NCBI GenBank assembly: GCA_964579205.1
Contig: CAZOFH010000004.1
Location: 3,172-67,171, forward strand
From: an uncultured Christensenella sp.
Lineage (GTDB): Bacteria > Bacillota > Clostridia > Christensenellales > UBA1242
Length of the DNA: 64,000 bases
Reading direction: 5' to 3'
In this document: positions 9,750 through 20,686 of the stretch, in pieces
Layout of the letters: the number at the start of each line of letters is the position of its first letter
Numbering within the stretch: the stretch's first letter is position 1
Position numbers and translations under genes: made by a program
Notes under the pieces: model-generated
What the model was told of the DNA's origin: nothing
The model's database searches: none
The model's input: only the letters and a program-made list of their open reading frames with translations

Positions 9750-12293
9750 TTATTTTGCAGACTTGCCGATTGGTTTGTTCGCCTGATAATCAGCGATGAC
9801 TTTTACCAATTCTGCTGCAGATTTGTTGATTTTGTTAATCTCAGACTTGCTCGCCCCACGCTCTTTAGCAGCCACAGCCTCTTGCTTTAGTTGAGCAATC
9901 AAATCTTTAATCTTTTTGATATTACGCGTACGCTCAGCCTTGGTAGCGTTGGTTGCTTTTTCCATAGTCTTAAGCGTTTCGTCAATCTGAGCACGCAACT
10001 CTTCTTGTTGTTGTTTTAGTCTTTGGTTTTCAGCATTGATTTGCTTTTGCAGAGCCTCCAACTCATCGTTTGCGGTCGCTTTTTTCTCTTTTTCAGCCTC
10101 TTTGTCATCCTCGCGCTCTTTGCTAATCTTGGCAATTTCCTGCTTGAGTTCATCAACAGTGGTTTTTACATCAGCGATAGCCTCTTTGTTTTCTTGAGTA
10201 GTCTTGTCAATTTTTGGCTCTTTTTCTGATTTTTCTTCAGTTTTTTCCGCTTTTTCCTCTGTTTTTGCTGATTTTTTGGCAGGTTTTACGATTTTGCCTT
10301 TCTTAATCTGCGCGTTTTGACTCTTCTTCGGCTGCTCTTCAACCTCATTAACTACAGGCTCAAAAACATCCTGTTGCGGCTGAGCAAATTCAACGGGTTG
10401 AAACTCAACAGGCTGCATATCTATAGGTTCTTGAACAAAGCCATCTGATGACATTCCTGACTGAAAATACGCGTTTTGGTCTGGATTTTCTACAAAAACA
10501 TCGCCATTTTGCGCATAATTCATTGGGTCAGCATAATCACTCGCATAATTATCTACAGGCACCTCTGCATAAGCCGCATCATACTGCTCCATAGGCTGCC
10601 CCATCGCTTCACTCATTGGTTCTGCAAAAACAGGCTCATTCATCACAGGTTCTGCAAACTCTTCCACTGGTTGAGGCGCTGCCTCTTCTGCTACAAATTC
10701 ATCCTTTGGTGCCGCGGTAGGCTCTTCGGTAAATTTATCCGCCACAGTAGGCTTCTCCACAACTTTGTCAGGGTCATAGTGCTCAGGCTCTTTGATTACC
10801 GCATCGACATCAATAGCGTGTTTGCCCTTTTTCTTGTTCATATCCTTGATAATCGTCTTGGCTTTACGCAATTCGTGACGCAAATTCTCTACCTCAATCG
10901 AGCGCGCTTCTACCAAATTATCGCGTTTTTCGATGTCTTTATTGTATTCTTGAACCTTTGCTTTAAGCCTTGCGATTACCATTTCTAGGTCACGCATCTG
11001 CTCTGAATTGTCACGAGTAATCTTTTCAGAAAGTTCTTGATACACTTTTGTAGCGAAAGTGTCGTACTCTGATTTGAGTGCGGTTTCCACCTCCGCCTTG
11101 TTGGTGTCCACGATTTCTTTGCGTTTTTGTATCTCGACTTTGAGCGCATCGATTTGGACTTGCTCTTTGTTGAGCATATTCTCGAGGTCTTTTTCGAGTT
11201 TTGCCTTTTTGTTCATTTCCTCGGTCGCCTGACGCCTGTTGTAGTTTATCTCCACGCGGTTGGTCGTCTCAGCCATAGCCTTGTCAAGGCGCTCCAAGTT
11301 CTCTTTGATCGCCTGCAACTTTCTGTTTGCTTCGCGCTCAATATTCTCTTTGTTTTCCTCAGTTTTCTGTAATTGTTTCTCCAAATCAGTAATTTCTTGC
11401 TGAATTTGAATCTTATTCATCAAAAACTTTTCACTCTCAGTCACGGCACGCTCAATAAGTTGCGCACCGTTTACACCAAGGTCGGCAAAATTGTAAGGGC
11501 TGTGGTTTGCATCCTCCTGCTTTGCCTTCTCCAATAGCCTCTGCTCTTCCAGCGCGCGTTTTTCCAAATATTCACGCAAAACTGGTATCCCTGCGTTGAT
11601 TTCTTTTGGCGTAAACAATAATTCGTAGTCCACATAATCAGGCATCGCGTTCGTAGACTTGTCAATATTACGCATAAAATCATTGAATTCGTCATAAAAA
11701 CTGTTGGTCACCAACGTAAAACGCAGTTGCACAATCATACAGAAGATACAGCCGAACAACCCCACCAATAGAGGCCCTGCCAGCATTTGGAGTACCAAAC
11801 TTACATTCAACAATTTTTCCGCACTGCCCACCGAAATGCAAGCGACCGAAAAGATGAATGCAAAAATCGCCAGCACAATCGAGGTGTATGTAATCTGCTT
11901 TCTCACCGATACATACGCACTATTGCTGAGCGGACGCTTTACGCAGTACTCAACCGTGAGGTATCGGCTAGGGCTACCCTCGCGCTCTAGCATAAATAAT
12001 TGCCAACGGTCTCTGAATTTGCGCGGCAATTTTCGCATTTTTTTGTGAAATTCCACCAAATTTGAATCGTTAATCTTTGGATTCGCTTTTAAATATCTAT
12101 TAATTTTATGCATTTGTCGAATTGCCCTACTTTCGTAGCACCACACCAAGCGAAAGATTGAGGCAACAAACACTACCGCAAGCAGCCCTACCGAAATAAA
12201 CAGCACAGTGTCAAGATTTATCCCCGACACTAGGCTCTTGAAAAAATCGACAATGGCACCCATTGCGGACTCTGCACCCAAAAATGAAATCAT
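9750..12293 (-). CDS. Hypothetical membrane protein with three TMs, long coiled coil, acidic Pro-rich linker and C-terminal coiled coil
   Basis: 847-aa ORF with AGGAG RBS; hydrophobic segments in the first 190 aa; E/K/Q-rich heptads. Confidence 0.75.
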   Translation of the reverse strand: MISFLGAESAMGAIVDFFKSLVSGINLDTVLFISVGLLAVVFVASIFRLVWCYESRAIRQMHKINRYLKANPKINDSNLVEFHKKMRKLPRKFRDRWQLFMLEREGSPSRYLTVEYCVKRPLSNSAYVSVRKQITYTSIVLAIFAFIFSVACISVGSAEKLLNVSLVLQMLAGPLLVGLFGCIFCMIVQLRFTLVTNSFYDEFNDFMRNIDKSTNAMPDYVDYELLFTPKEINAGIPVLREYLEKRALEEQRLLEKAKQEDANHSPYNFADLGVNGAQLIERAVTESEKFLMNKIQIQQEITDLEKQLQKTEENKENIEREANRKLQAIKENLERLDKAMAETTNRVEINYNRRQATEEMNKKAKLEKDLENMLNKEQVQIDALKVEIQKRKEIVDTNKAEVETALKSEYDTFATKVYQELSEKITRDNSEQMRDLEMVIARLKAKVQEYNKDIEKRDNLVEARSIEVENLRHELRKAKTIIKDMNKKKGKHAIDVDAVIKEPEHYDPDKVVEKPTVADKFTEEPTAAPKDEFVAEEAAPQPVEEFAEPVMNEPVFAEPMSEAMGQPMEQYDAAYAEVPVDNYASDYADPMNYAQNGDVFVENPDQNAYFQSGMSSDGFVQEPIDMQPVEFQPVEFAQPQQDVFEPVVNEVEEQPKKSQNAQIKKGKIVKPAKKSAKTEEKAEKTEEKSEKEPKIDKTTQENKEAIADVKTTVDELKQEIAKISKEREDDKEAEKEKKATANDELEALQKQINAENQRLKQQQEELRAQIDETLKTMEKATNATKAERTRNIKKIKDLIAQLKQEAVAAKERGASKSEINKINKSAAELVKVIADYQANKPIGKSAK

Positions 12294-12354
12294 AATAAAC
12301 TCCTATTTTTCACAAAGCTTGTCTATCTTTGCATATTAATTATACAAAAATAAC

Positions 12355-15300
12355 TCAATCATTGTCAATTAATATTAAGCGTTCTTGCAAAAAAAAGTAA
12401 AGAAATTTTTGTTTTACTGGTCGCGACAGCACTGCTTCCACCGCTTTTTCGTAGCAATTTAGCTGAGTCGCGTATGTTTGAGCAGTTTTTTGGAGGTCTT
12501 GGGAATTGCTTGTTTTGTAGTCGACAAGTATCACTTCGTCGTCCTTGACCGCCACAAGGTCGATAATTCCTCGCACAAATACCTCATCACAGACATCCGT
12601 TTTTATCAATTCGCAAAGCGGTGCACGCATAGAAAATTCCTGCTCGCGCAACAGTTTTGCCCCCTGCAAAATAGGTCGCAAATTATTTATCGCCTTGGTT
12701 ATCTTGCCACAATCCACCATTTTCAATTCATCGGCAGACAATTTTTTGCTCAAATATTCCGCCACTTCGCCCTCAGTACTCAGATTAAAATCAATTATTT
12801 CCATCGCCTTGTGAAAAGCCGTCCCCACCTCGGTATCAATTTTTTCGACCTCAGGACTGTTGCTTTTTTCGGTATTTTGCAGAGTATTTTCGAGAATTTG
12901 AACACTCGCCTCGTGATTTAACGCTGTCACCGAAGTGTTTAATACAGTCGCACAAGATTTTTTGTATGGGTAGTCGAAATCTGCATTTTTTGTCAGTATA
13001 TCAACATATTTTGCTGTTATCCCCTTATTTTTTGTGGGGATAGTGACATTGTTTTGTTCGGCATTGTCGCTAGGTGTATCAAGCACGGTATATTTTACGA
13101 TATTTTCTTTGGTCAATTCTTGCGAAAGACTCCCAACCGCGCGCAGAGTATTCACATCATCTATAGTGAGCGAAGACAGAATCAGGCTCAAATCATTCTG
13201 CGTAGATTTGAGACCATACGCCGACTGATAAGGTATAAAAGTGTCCAATCGCATCGCCCCCGAAATAAACAAGTGATTTTTGGCACGAGTCATCGCCACA
13301 TATAGCAGCCTTTGGCGCTCCGCCAAGTCTTTGTCTTTGCTGGCGATTTTGACCGCGCCATGCAGAATTGTCTTGCGTTTTATCCGGCTTTCGGTGTCGT
13401 AAGTGTACATTCCTATTCCCAATTCCGAACTCAGCAAAAAGTCGCCCTTTTTGTCCTCAATATTATAATTGTGACCACAATCCACCATAAATACTATCGG
13501 GTATTCCAGCCCTTTACTCTGGTGCATTGTCGCCACCCCAATCACGCTTGCGCCAGTATTTGGCTCACGCAAAATCTTTTCCACCTCAGTATTTTGAGAC
13601 ATATTCGACAGATAATCACACAAATCGTAGTCATATTTTGTGCCTATAAAACTATTGAGGTAGCCCATAATATTGCGGACACGCTCCTCGCCGCGCGGCA
13701 TTGCAGCGACAAAATTTAGATAATCAGTTTTGTCACAAAACTCCATCAAAGTTTGATAAATTGAGCCATTTATCAACTTTTTTCGCCCAAAATCAAGCAA
13801 ATCCAATGCAAAATCAATCTTTTCCTTGATTTCATCATCTTGAGAATATTCATAAACGCACTGATAAAAATACTCTTTTTGTTGAAAATTTACACGAATT
13901 TTGCACAAATCTTCTTCGTCCAGCCCCACAATAGGCGACACCAAAAATTCAGTCAATGCGATATCATCCGCACGATTGTCAATCAATTTGAGATAACTCA
14001 GCAAAATCTCGACTTCATATTCCTCGAGCACACTCTCCTTGCTAACGGGAGCGATTGGCAAGCCCAATTCACCCAAGCACGCCAAAATCTCCATCAAAGC
14101 ATTACTACGCGTGCGCGCCAAAATAGTGATATCGCAAAACTGAATCGGTCTGTCTATCTTCTTTTTTGCGTCATAAATCGTTTTTTGCTCACTCAAAAGA
14201 TACATTATTCGGTCATAAATGGCATACGCCTCCGCTTTTGCATAACTTTTTTCCTCATCTTCCACTAGCGGCGCCGTGCTCACCGTGTAAATCTGCGCTG
14301 CAGAAAGTTTTTCTGACTCGGTTTTTGTCTTGTTGACCACCATCAACTCGACGGTTGGCAACGCTTTGGGATTGTTGTGCTGATAATTCGATGCCGAATT
14401 CATCGCGTTTCCGTCAGAATAATCAATTCCAGCGAATTCCTTAGTCATCAAAACACCAAAAATCCAGTTTACATAATCCAAAACACGCTGGTCACTGCGA
14501 TAATTGTTATTCAAATCTATCTTTATAGCAGAGCCTGTAACCTTGTCTTCACTGTTAAATTTGTCCAATTTATCCAAAAAAATCTGCGGATTTGTGTTTC
14601 TAAACCCATAAATACTCTGTTTTACGTCGCCCACCAAGAAAATATCACGAATGTCGTGTACCAAATTGAGAATGCCCTCTTGAATATCATTTACATCTTG
14701 ATACTCGTCGACATAAATCTGCTTGTAGCGGTTGCGAACCTCGGCATTTACTTGTGGATTGGACAAAATTTGATACGCATAATGCTCCAAATCAGAGAAA
14801 TCGAGCAAGTTTTTTTCCTTTTTGAGCGTCAGATACCTATTTCTAAACTGCTCAACCAAATTTAGCATCGCATTCACAAGCCCCTGCCCCGACATAATAT
14901 CGTTTTTTATTTGAGAAATATCGCTCGTAGTGTAATCAGCCAAAACATTTTTGAGCCCTTTTGAAAATTCTTCCTTTGCATCGCGAGTTGCCGCGCGCAA
15001 ATCATCTTCTTCGGGAGATTGCGCCTTTGTCCTAGGCAATGCTGGCAATTTAATATTAAAAGCATAGCGCAAATTCGTCTCAAAATCGTTTGATTCCCGA
15101 ACTTGCGACATCATCATTACATAATTATCCAGCAGTTCCACCATTTTTTCGAGCCCCAAATACTGCGCATCAATGCGCAACTGTCTAAAAATCGCCGTAA
15201 AATGCTGGAATAACTCGGCAGTATTCTTATTCAATACTTGAGCGAACCTGTTTTGACTCAAATCCTCGTTAAAAGCACTGTTTACCTTTTGCCTATATGC

Positions 15301-15912
15301 AGAAATATCGGGCTGATTGTTCAAAAATTCATAAATTTTGTACACATATTTTGCAATTTTATCAAAACCGCGCTTGTCATCAAATGTTTTCGCCAACAAC
15401 AAAAAGTCCGCATCATTGGCAGCAATTAGGTCATCGAAAAGTTGATTTATTGCACGATTTCGCAAAACTTTCGCCTCATTATCATCACAAATCGCAAAAG
15501 AAGCGTCCAAATCTAGCACATAAAAGTATTTTTGGATAATGTTTTGACAAAATTTGTGCAGCGTACAAATATCGCTCTGTCCGATGAGGTCTGCTTGGGT
15601 GCGCAGATACGCCTTATCATCCTCGCTATACTGCGGGTCAGCCAACAAATCGTTGATTTTGTTGCTCAACTTGACGCGCATTTCGCTCGCAGCAGCCTTT
15701 GTATAGGTCACCACTAGCAGTTGATCCACGCTGGCGACTTTTTCAATAATATTGTCAGCAATTCGCTCAATCATTACAAAAGTTTTACCACACCCAGCAC
15801 CAGCCGCAACCAAAATATCCTTGTTGCGAGTTTTTATCGCGAGGCGCTGTTCTGGGTTGTATTCTACCGTTTTTGCTGTGTTTTTTGCGTTTTTTTCCAC
15901 TTTTTCCATCAT
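12355..15912 (-). CDS. addA: ATP-dependent helicase/nuclease subunit A
   Basis: AGAGCGKT Walker A, VDEYQD, VGDVKQSIYGFR, TMHQSKGLE, LLYVAMTRA and RecB-type GIIDL...VDYKT. Confidence 0.95.
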   Translation of the reverse strand: MMEKVEKNAKNTAKTVEYNPEQRLAIKTRNKDILVAAGAGCGKTFVMIERIADNIIEKVASVDQLLVVTYTKAAASEMRVKLSNKINDLLADPQYSEDDKAYLRTQADLIGQSDICTLHKFCQNIIQKYFYVLDLDASFAICDDNEAKVLRNRAINQLFDDLIAANDADFLLLAKTFDDKRGFDKIAKYVYKIYEFLNNQPDISAYRQKVNSAFNEDLSQNRFAQVLNKNTAELFQHFTAIFRQLRIDAQYLGLEKMVELLDNYVMMMSQVRESNDFETNLRYAFNIKLPALPRTKAQSPEEDDLRAATRDAKEEFSKGLKNVLADYTTSDISQIKNDIMSGQGLVNAMLNLVEQFRNRYLTLKKEKNLLDFSDLEHYAYQILSNPQVNAEVRNRYKQIYVDEYQDVNDIQEGILNLVHDIRDIFLVGDVKQSIYGFRNTNPQIFLDKLDKFNSEDKVTGSAIKIDLNNNYRSDQRVLDYVNWIFGVLMTKEFAGIDYSDGNAMNSASNYQHNNPKALPTVELMVVNKTKTESEKLSAAQIYTVSTAPLVEDEEKSYAKAEAYAIYDRIMYLLSEQKTIYDAKKKIDRPIQFCDITILARTRSNALMEILACLGELGLPIAPVSKESVLEEYEVEILLSYLKLIDNRADDIALTEFLVSPIVGLDEEDLCKIRVNFQQKEYFYQCVYEYSQDDEIKEKIDFALDLLDFGRKKLINGSIYQTLMEFCDKTDYLNFVAAMPRGEERVRNIMGYLNSFIGTKYDYDLCDYLSNMSQNTEVEKILREPNTGASVIGVATMHQSKGLEYPIVFMVDCGHNYNIEDKKGDFLLSSELGIGMYTYDTESRIKRKTILHGAVKIASKDKDLAERQRLLYVAMTRAKNHLFISGAMRLDTFIPYQSAYGLKSTQNDLSLILSSLTIDDVNTLRAVGSLSQELTKENIVKYTVLDTPSDNAEQNNVTIPTKNKGITAKYVDILTKNADFDYPYKKSCATVLNTSVTALNHEASVQILENTLQNTEKSNSPEVEKIDTEVGTAFHKAMEIIDFNLSTEGEVAEYLSKKLSADELKMVDCGKITKAINNLRPILQGAKLLREQEFSMRAPLCELIKTDVCDEVFVRGIIDLVAVKDDEVILVDYKTSNSQDLQKTAQTYATQLNCYEKAVEAVLSRPVKQKFLYFFLQERLILIDND

Positions 15913-18900
15913 TTTTCCTCGCTTTTGCACGCAAAAGGTGCCGTTTTTTCTATGTCAAAATTATCCGCGCGAACTTTATCCTGCACAAAGACACTGACTC
16001 GACAAATATTTTTGAACTTACAATATTCACAAGATTTTTCAAAGTGCGACGGCTCGATATACCCACTATAAATATCATTTATCGCACCCGCCAAAACCTG
16101 CTTTGCATATCGCAGCATCAACGCAAAACTTTCTCGGCTTGCCTTGACACGGTTTTTGAGCACAAATTCGTCTTTTGCCATTGCCTCCTTGCTAGTAGAC
16201 AATTCAAATTTGACAATATCACTCTTTGGATGGTCAAAACTCATCTGGTCATCTTGGCACAGAATATCCGCGCCGTCATCGAGCGGCATACCCTGCATAC
16301 AAAAATTTGAATACGGGGTCATCACCTCGCCCTCGGTATACTCCTTGTGCACAGGCAGATAGAATGCACCGCTTGGCGAGTATGGCAAATTATCCAAAAT
16401 CACTGCCATATAGTAGAAAAGTTGGATTTTTTTGCCCAAATAGAAGTTTAATAACCGAAAATCAGCACTATTCTTGCTCGTTTTGTAGTCAATTATCCTC
16501 AATTTACTTCCACAAACATCGGCGCGGTCGATTTTTCCACTGATTTTGACACGCAAATCGCTATTAACTATCGCAATTTCTGGGACAGGCACAAAGCAGT
16601 CCGTCCCAAACTTCGCTTCGACAAATTTGACCTTGTACTGCGAATGCGACATTTGATAGTTTACAGCTTCGCACGCACGCACAGCCTCTTTTTTGAGAGC
16701 GGAAATCAGCGCTTTGTTGCCACCGCCAAACACAAGATTTTCATAATCTTCACAACTCAATAGTTTGTCAAACACCGCATCAACATATGGCGGTATTTGA
16801 GCCATATCTTGCACCCCCTCACGAGACAATTTGCGCCCAAAATCCTCCAAAACGGCGTGCAAAAGATTACCCACATCAGTCGCCTGAATGTTGGCGCTAC
16901 GCTTTTCCTTTATCTTCAAACCATAGGACAAAAAGTGAGCATACGGACAGTCAAAAAACCTCTCAATCTGCGTGACCCCAGCCTTACCTTCGGCAAAAAA
17001 CACCGCGCTAGGATTGTTTAAATTAGGTATTTCACGCAAATTGCCACACATTTTGGCTAATTTTTCTACTTTTTGGGGCTCATTTTTCTCCAAAAACTCC
17101 TCGAGAGACTTTTGCAAAGCCAAATCTTCCCCACGCAAATCACTAGCAGAAACACCCGATGCAAAAGCACGCATCATTCTATTCTTGTCATAATAACGCA
17201 AATCGACAATCTCGTTCGCGCGCGCTGGGTTAAACTCCAGATTGTAATAAGCCTCAATATTAATTGGCTTTAATTTCTCCCCGTTTGCGGTAAACATTTT
17301 TTGCACCGACACGACAGCATTAGCCAACTCGCAATTTTCTTCATCAATACACAAAGGATATGAAAAAGTGATTTTTTTCTTGGCAAAACATAAATTATTT
17401 ATCATCATAAGTCGCGAAAGAGCATTTTTTTCACGAATACACGGTGAAATCTTGAGATTTACCCCCTCCAATGCCGCGATATCATAATCGGAAATTAAGC
17501 CAACATCGCTGACCGCCGACGGAAAATTCCCCTCGGTCGCGCACATTATATAATAATAATCCACAGACTCAAAAGCGGTCGCCGAACCACCAATTTTTAC
17601 GCAATCCAGCCGAATCGGCAGCGGACTAACCCCCTCATTAGCCACCGCACTGCGCAAAATTTTGCAAAATTCAGCAAAGTCGCATCGCATATCACCCACG
17701 ACTTTCCCCATATTCTCTAGTATACTCTTGAACTTTTGATAACTCTTTGATGCGATATTTCCACGCTTGAAATCACCCTCATCGCGCAAACTTTTACCTA
17801 ACGCACCCAGTTGAGGAGCAACAGAAAAACTTTCCAAAATGGCGTTTAGCGCCTCAATATACTCAAAAACAGTCCCCAAAGTCGTGATTTTACCACAAAA
17901 ATCAAACAAAAACTGCAATTTTTGATTAATCTGCAAATAACGCTCAAAATCCAAATCGACATTTTTGGGCGCAGTCACATCCAGCAACCTCTCCCCTGTG
18001 ATACCGTAGCGCGCCGTCACATTTTTGTACAACTCGCAATCCTCTCGCGAGATATTCGCTAGACTATTTGAAATTATCCGATAAATATCTTTGACCTGCA
18101 GCCCGTCACTAGCAAAGTCGAGAATTGCAAAAATCAATTTACCAAGTTCGGTAAAAGCAAGCGGATATTTGGTATCTATCCAGACAGGAATTTTCGCTTC
18201 GGCAAAAATGGTACGGATATACTGCTCATACCCCTCCAAATTGGCACAATTTATAGCAAAATCACGAAAACGAGCGCCAGAACGCACTTTTTGCAAGATG
18301 TCAGCCGCCACAAACTCGACCTCAAGACGCGGATTGCTCGCCTCATAAATCTCCACCGCACCATTATCGCACTCAACTTTTTGCGGAGAAACTGCCAGAG
18401 CATTCTTGAGAATGTGCTGCGTAAACTCCGGCAATTCTGATTGCGCGCTTATAACCTCGGGCGCAACACCCATTTTTTCGCAAAAATCTAACACTTGAGG
18501 ATAAACATCACTAAAAATCAAATCCGCATTCCGCTGCCCCTCCACAGGCTGGAGCACACCCACGCTGACGCTATTCGCCCGCTCAGCAAAGGCAGCCAGT
18601 ACCGCAAAATCGACAGCCGACATACTGTTTGTTTCGCAAAAATGAATGTCGCAATTTTGACAATCAGCAGCACGCACAGCAGACGCCAAAGCACACATCC
18701 TATCCCCAGCATCCAGCCATTTGCCCGATTTGTAATTTTCGTACTCGGTATAAATAAGGAGAATGTCCTGCAATTTCTGCTGCAGAGGTTTGCTCATTAT
18801 TTGAGGCAAAATCTCCGCTAGTTTTTGTGGAGTAATTTGGCACGACTGCAGCAACTGAATTGAAGCAAAAAGACTCTCGGCAAAGGATATAGTCAACTGC

Positions 18901-19220
18901 GTTTCGCAGAAACAAACGAACTGCTGCTTGAGCCGGTCGACCAGCATTTCCACCAGCATCACCGACCCGACTTTTGACAAAACACACTCACTGCCCGTCA
19001 GCAATATTTCGCCAGCAAATTGACTAAGGCTCATCACCTTTACACCAAAGGTCGCACGCAAATTCAGCCTGTCGAGAATATTCCTCTCAAGAGATAAGCA
19101 CTGCGCATCTGGAGCAAAAACTATCTGCTCTCGCCCTGCTCGCAGCCCCTCGCCCAGCAGGTCAATCTGGACGTTGTCGGCATCACAAAAATTGTTACTC
19201 AAAATCACTCTCAACTTCAT
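15909..19220 (-). CDS. addB: ATP-dependent helicase/nuclease subunit B
   Basis: IERFFDCPY, GKIDRAD...IIDYKT and CEYCKFKNIC Fe-S cysteines; stop overlaps the addA start. Confidence 0.9.
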   Translation of the reverse strand: MKLRVILSNNFCDADNVQIDLLGEGLRAGREQIVFAPDAQCLSLERNILDRLNLRATFGVKVMSLSQFAGEILLTGSECVLSKVGSVMLVEMLVDRLKQQFVCFCETQLTISFAESLFASIQLLQSCQITPQKLAEILPQIMSKPLQQKLQDILLIYTEYENYKSGKWLDAGDRMCALASAVRAADCQNCDIHFCETNSMSAVDFAVLAAFAERANSVSVGVLQPVEGQRNADLIFSDVYPQVLDFCEKMGVAPEVISAQSELPEFTQHILKNALAVSPQKVECDNGAVEIYEASNPRLEVEFVAADILQKVRSGARFRDFAINCANLEGYEQYIRTIFAEAKIPVWIDTKYPLAFTELGKLIFAILDFASDGLQVKDIYRIISNSLANISREDCELYKNVTARYGITGERLLDVTAPKNVDLDFERYLQINQKLQFLFDFCGKITTLGTVFEYIEALNAILESFSVAPQLGALGKSLRDEGDFKRGNIASKSYQKFKSILENMGKVVGDMRCDFAEFCKILRSAVANEGVSPLPIRLDCVKIGGSATAFESVDYYYIMCATEGNFPSAVSDVGLISDYDIAALEGVNLKISPCIREKNALSRLMMINNLCFAKKKITFSYPLCIDEENCELANAVVSVQKMFTANGEKLKPINIEAYYNLEFNPARANEIVDLRYYDKNRMMRAFASGVSASDLRGEDLALQKSLEEFLEKNEPQKVEKLAKMCGNLREIPNLNNPSAVFFAEGKAGVTQIERFFDCPYAHFLSYGLKIKEKRSANIQATDVGNLLHAVLEDFGRKLSREGVQDMAQIPPYVDAVFDKLLSCEDYENLVFGGGNKALISALKKEAVRACEAVNYQMSHSQYKVKFVEAKFGTDCFVPVPEIAIVNSDLRVKISGKIDRADVCGSKLRIIDYKTSKNSADFRLLNFYLGKKIQLFYYMAVILDNLPYSPSGAFYLPVHKEYTEGEVMTPYSNFCMQGMPLDDGADILCQDDQMSFDHPKSDIVKFELSTSKEAMAKDEFVLKNRVKASRESFALMLRYAKQVLAGAINDIYSGYIEPSHFEKSCEYCKFKNICRVSVFVQDKVRADNFDIEKTAPFACKSEEK

Positions 19221-19693
19221 TCGTTCACCTCAAAATTCATCAAATCTATTCTATCATAAAATTACCAATTTTAATAGTCATTTTGATAAACTTTTTTATA
19301 AAATTATTTAGTCAATTTTTGGCTATAAAATGAGCAAAAATTCAGCACAAAATTCGCCCTTTGATTTGTCGCACTCTCACACAAAAAAACATCTAATTTG
19401 CCACAAATTTTAGCAAAAAATTTGCCTAATAAGCCCTCAAAAACCACACTTGAGTTGCGCCAAATTTTTGAGAATTATTGCCGCTAATTTTATCCGATTT
19501 TTACTCAATTTTTATCCCAGGTTTTGACAGAATTTCGACCAGATTTTGAGACCAAATTTACCCAAAATCCGAGCAAAAACCGCTTGGATATGTACACGAT
19601 TTTAAATCAAAAGACCGTGCTTCCCGCCCAACAAAAACGCAAAAACCTCGGCTAATACCAAGGTTAATTTTTACCCAAAAATCATAAAATTAA

Positions 19694-19730
19694 GAGTGCA
19701 TAGTATACGCATAGTACCTGCATAATACCT
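19694..19730. repeat. Three 11-bp tandem units, family C copy 2
   Basis: Reverse complement aggtattatgcaggtactatgcgtatactatgcactc closely matches 42-78. Confidence 0.8.
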
Positions 19731-19735
19731 AAAAT

Positions 19736-20584
19736 TTAGTGTTTTTTGTGCGTTTTTTGCTCATTTTGGGTCAATTTTGCCACAAATTCACGCAAAGCAG
19801 CCATTTTGTTGTTGTCAACCAAATCCTTGATTTTTTGATAGTGCTGCTGGTCGTTTTGGCTACGCTGAGTCAGCAAATCCAACTTGCTCTTTAACATCTC
19901 GTTTTGCGCTTGCAATTCTTGTATCAACACCTGCTTTCTGCGAGCATCAAATTGCACTTTTTGGAGTTCGGCATTGGCTAAATTTTGAGCCAAATTTTGC
20001 TGATCAAAAAGCCGCTCTTCAGCAGAGTGTTTTATCATTCTCACCAACCCCAAAAACAGCGCCTGAATTTCATCATCAGTGATATATTTTTTATTATTAT
20101 TTTGATTTGGCAAAACCAAAATTTTACCGTCAGAATCAAGCCTAGATTTGTACCCCAAATTCTGAATTTCGCACGAAATTTCTCTCACCAAATCAGGCTT
20201 GTTTTTTAGCAAATATCTGTACTTGTTTTGATATCGAACTGCCTTGATTTTATCGCCATCAGCGAGCCTCAAGCACGCAGCGCGGATACTCATTCCCGTG
20301 TCTATCAGCACCTCTTTTAGCAGTCTTTCCTCCTCCGTAATAGAGAAATGATGGATTGGTTTGAGCACGATACCATTCTCGTCTAGCACCCTGCGCACGC
20401 TCGCGTCATCTGCTGCCGTGCGTATCAAATTGTAATAAAAATTCCTCACGCTATACATATTCTTTCCGTGCTCGCTAGCAAATTTACCGAACACGCCGAG
20501 CAAGTTTTTCCCCTCACAATTATTGACCATTTGACAAAGTTTTACAATCTGCTCTACATCCCAACCCAAAATCCGATTTTCCAT
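19736..20584 (-). CDS. Hypothetical regulator with two Myb/RsfA-like helical repeats and a coiled coil
   Basis: W...F..FA...GK...SVRNFYY and F...EE..L...A..RYQNKYR repeats; GAGGT RBS. RsfA similarity is by eye only. Confidence 0.55.
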   Translation of the reverse strand: MENRILGWDVEQIVKLCQMVNNCEGKNLLGVFGKFASEHGKNMYSVRNFYYNLIRTAADDASVRRVLDENGIVLKPIHHFSITEEERLLKEVLIDTGMSIRAACLRLADGDKIKAVRYQNKYRYLLKNKPDLVREISCEIQNLGYKSRLDSDGKILVLPNQNNNKKYITDDEIQALFLGLVRMIKHSAEERLFDQQNLAQNLANAELQKVQFDARRKQVLIQELQAQNEMLKSKLDLLTQRSQNDQQHYQKIKDLVDNNKMAALREFVAKLTQNEQKTHKKH

Positions 20585-20686
20585 AATTTTTTACCTCTCA
20601 TCCAAATTCTTGACAATATTTATATTTTTAATCAAAAAAGTAATAACTCGAGCGCAAAAGTAATAAAATAACCCGAGGTCAAGAAT

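Noticed and set aside
19260-19690. Loose AT-rich ccaRattttga-like repeats upstream of addB
   Set aside because: Too degenerate and irregular to distinguish from the A/T-run-rich intergenic background.
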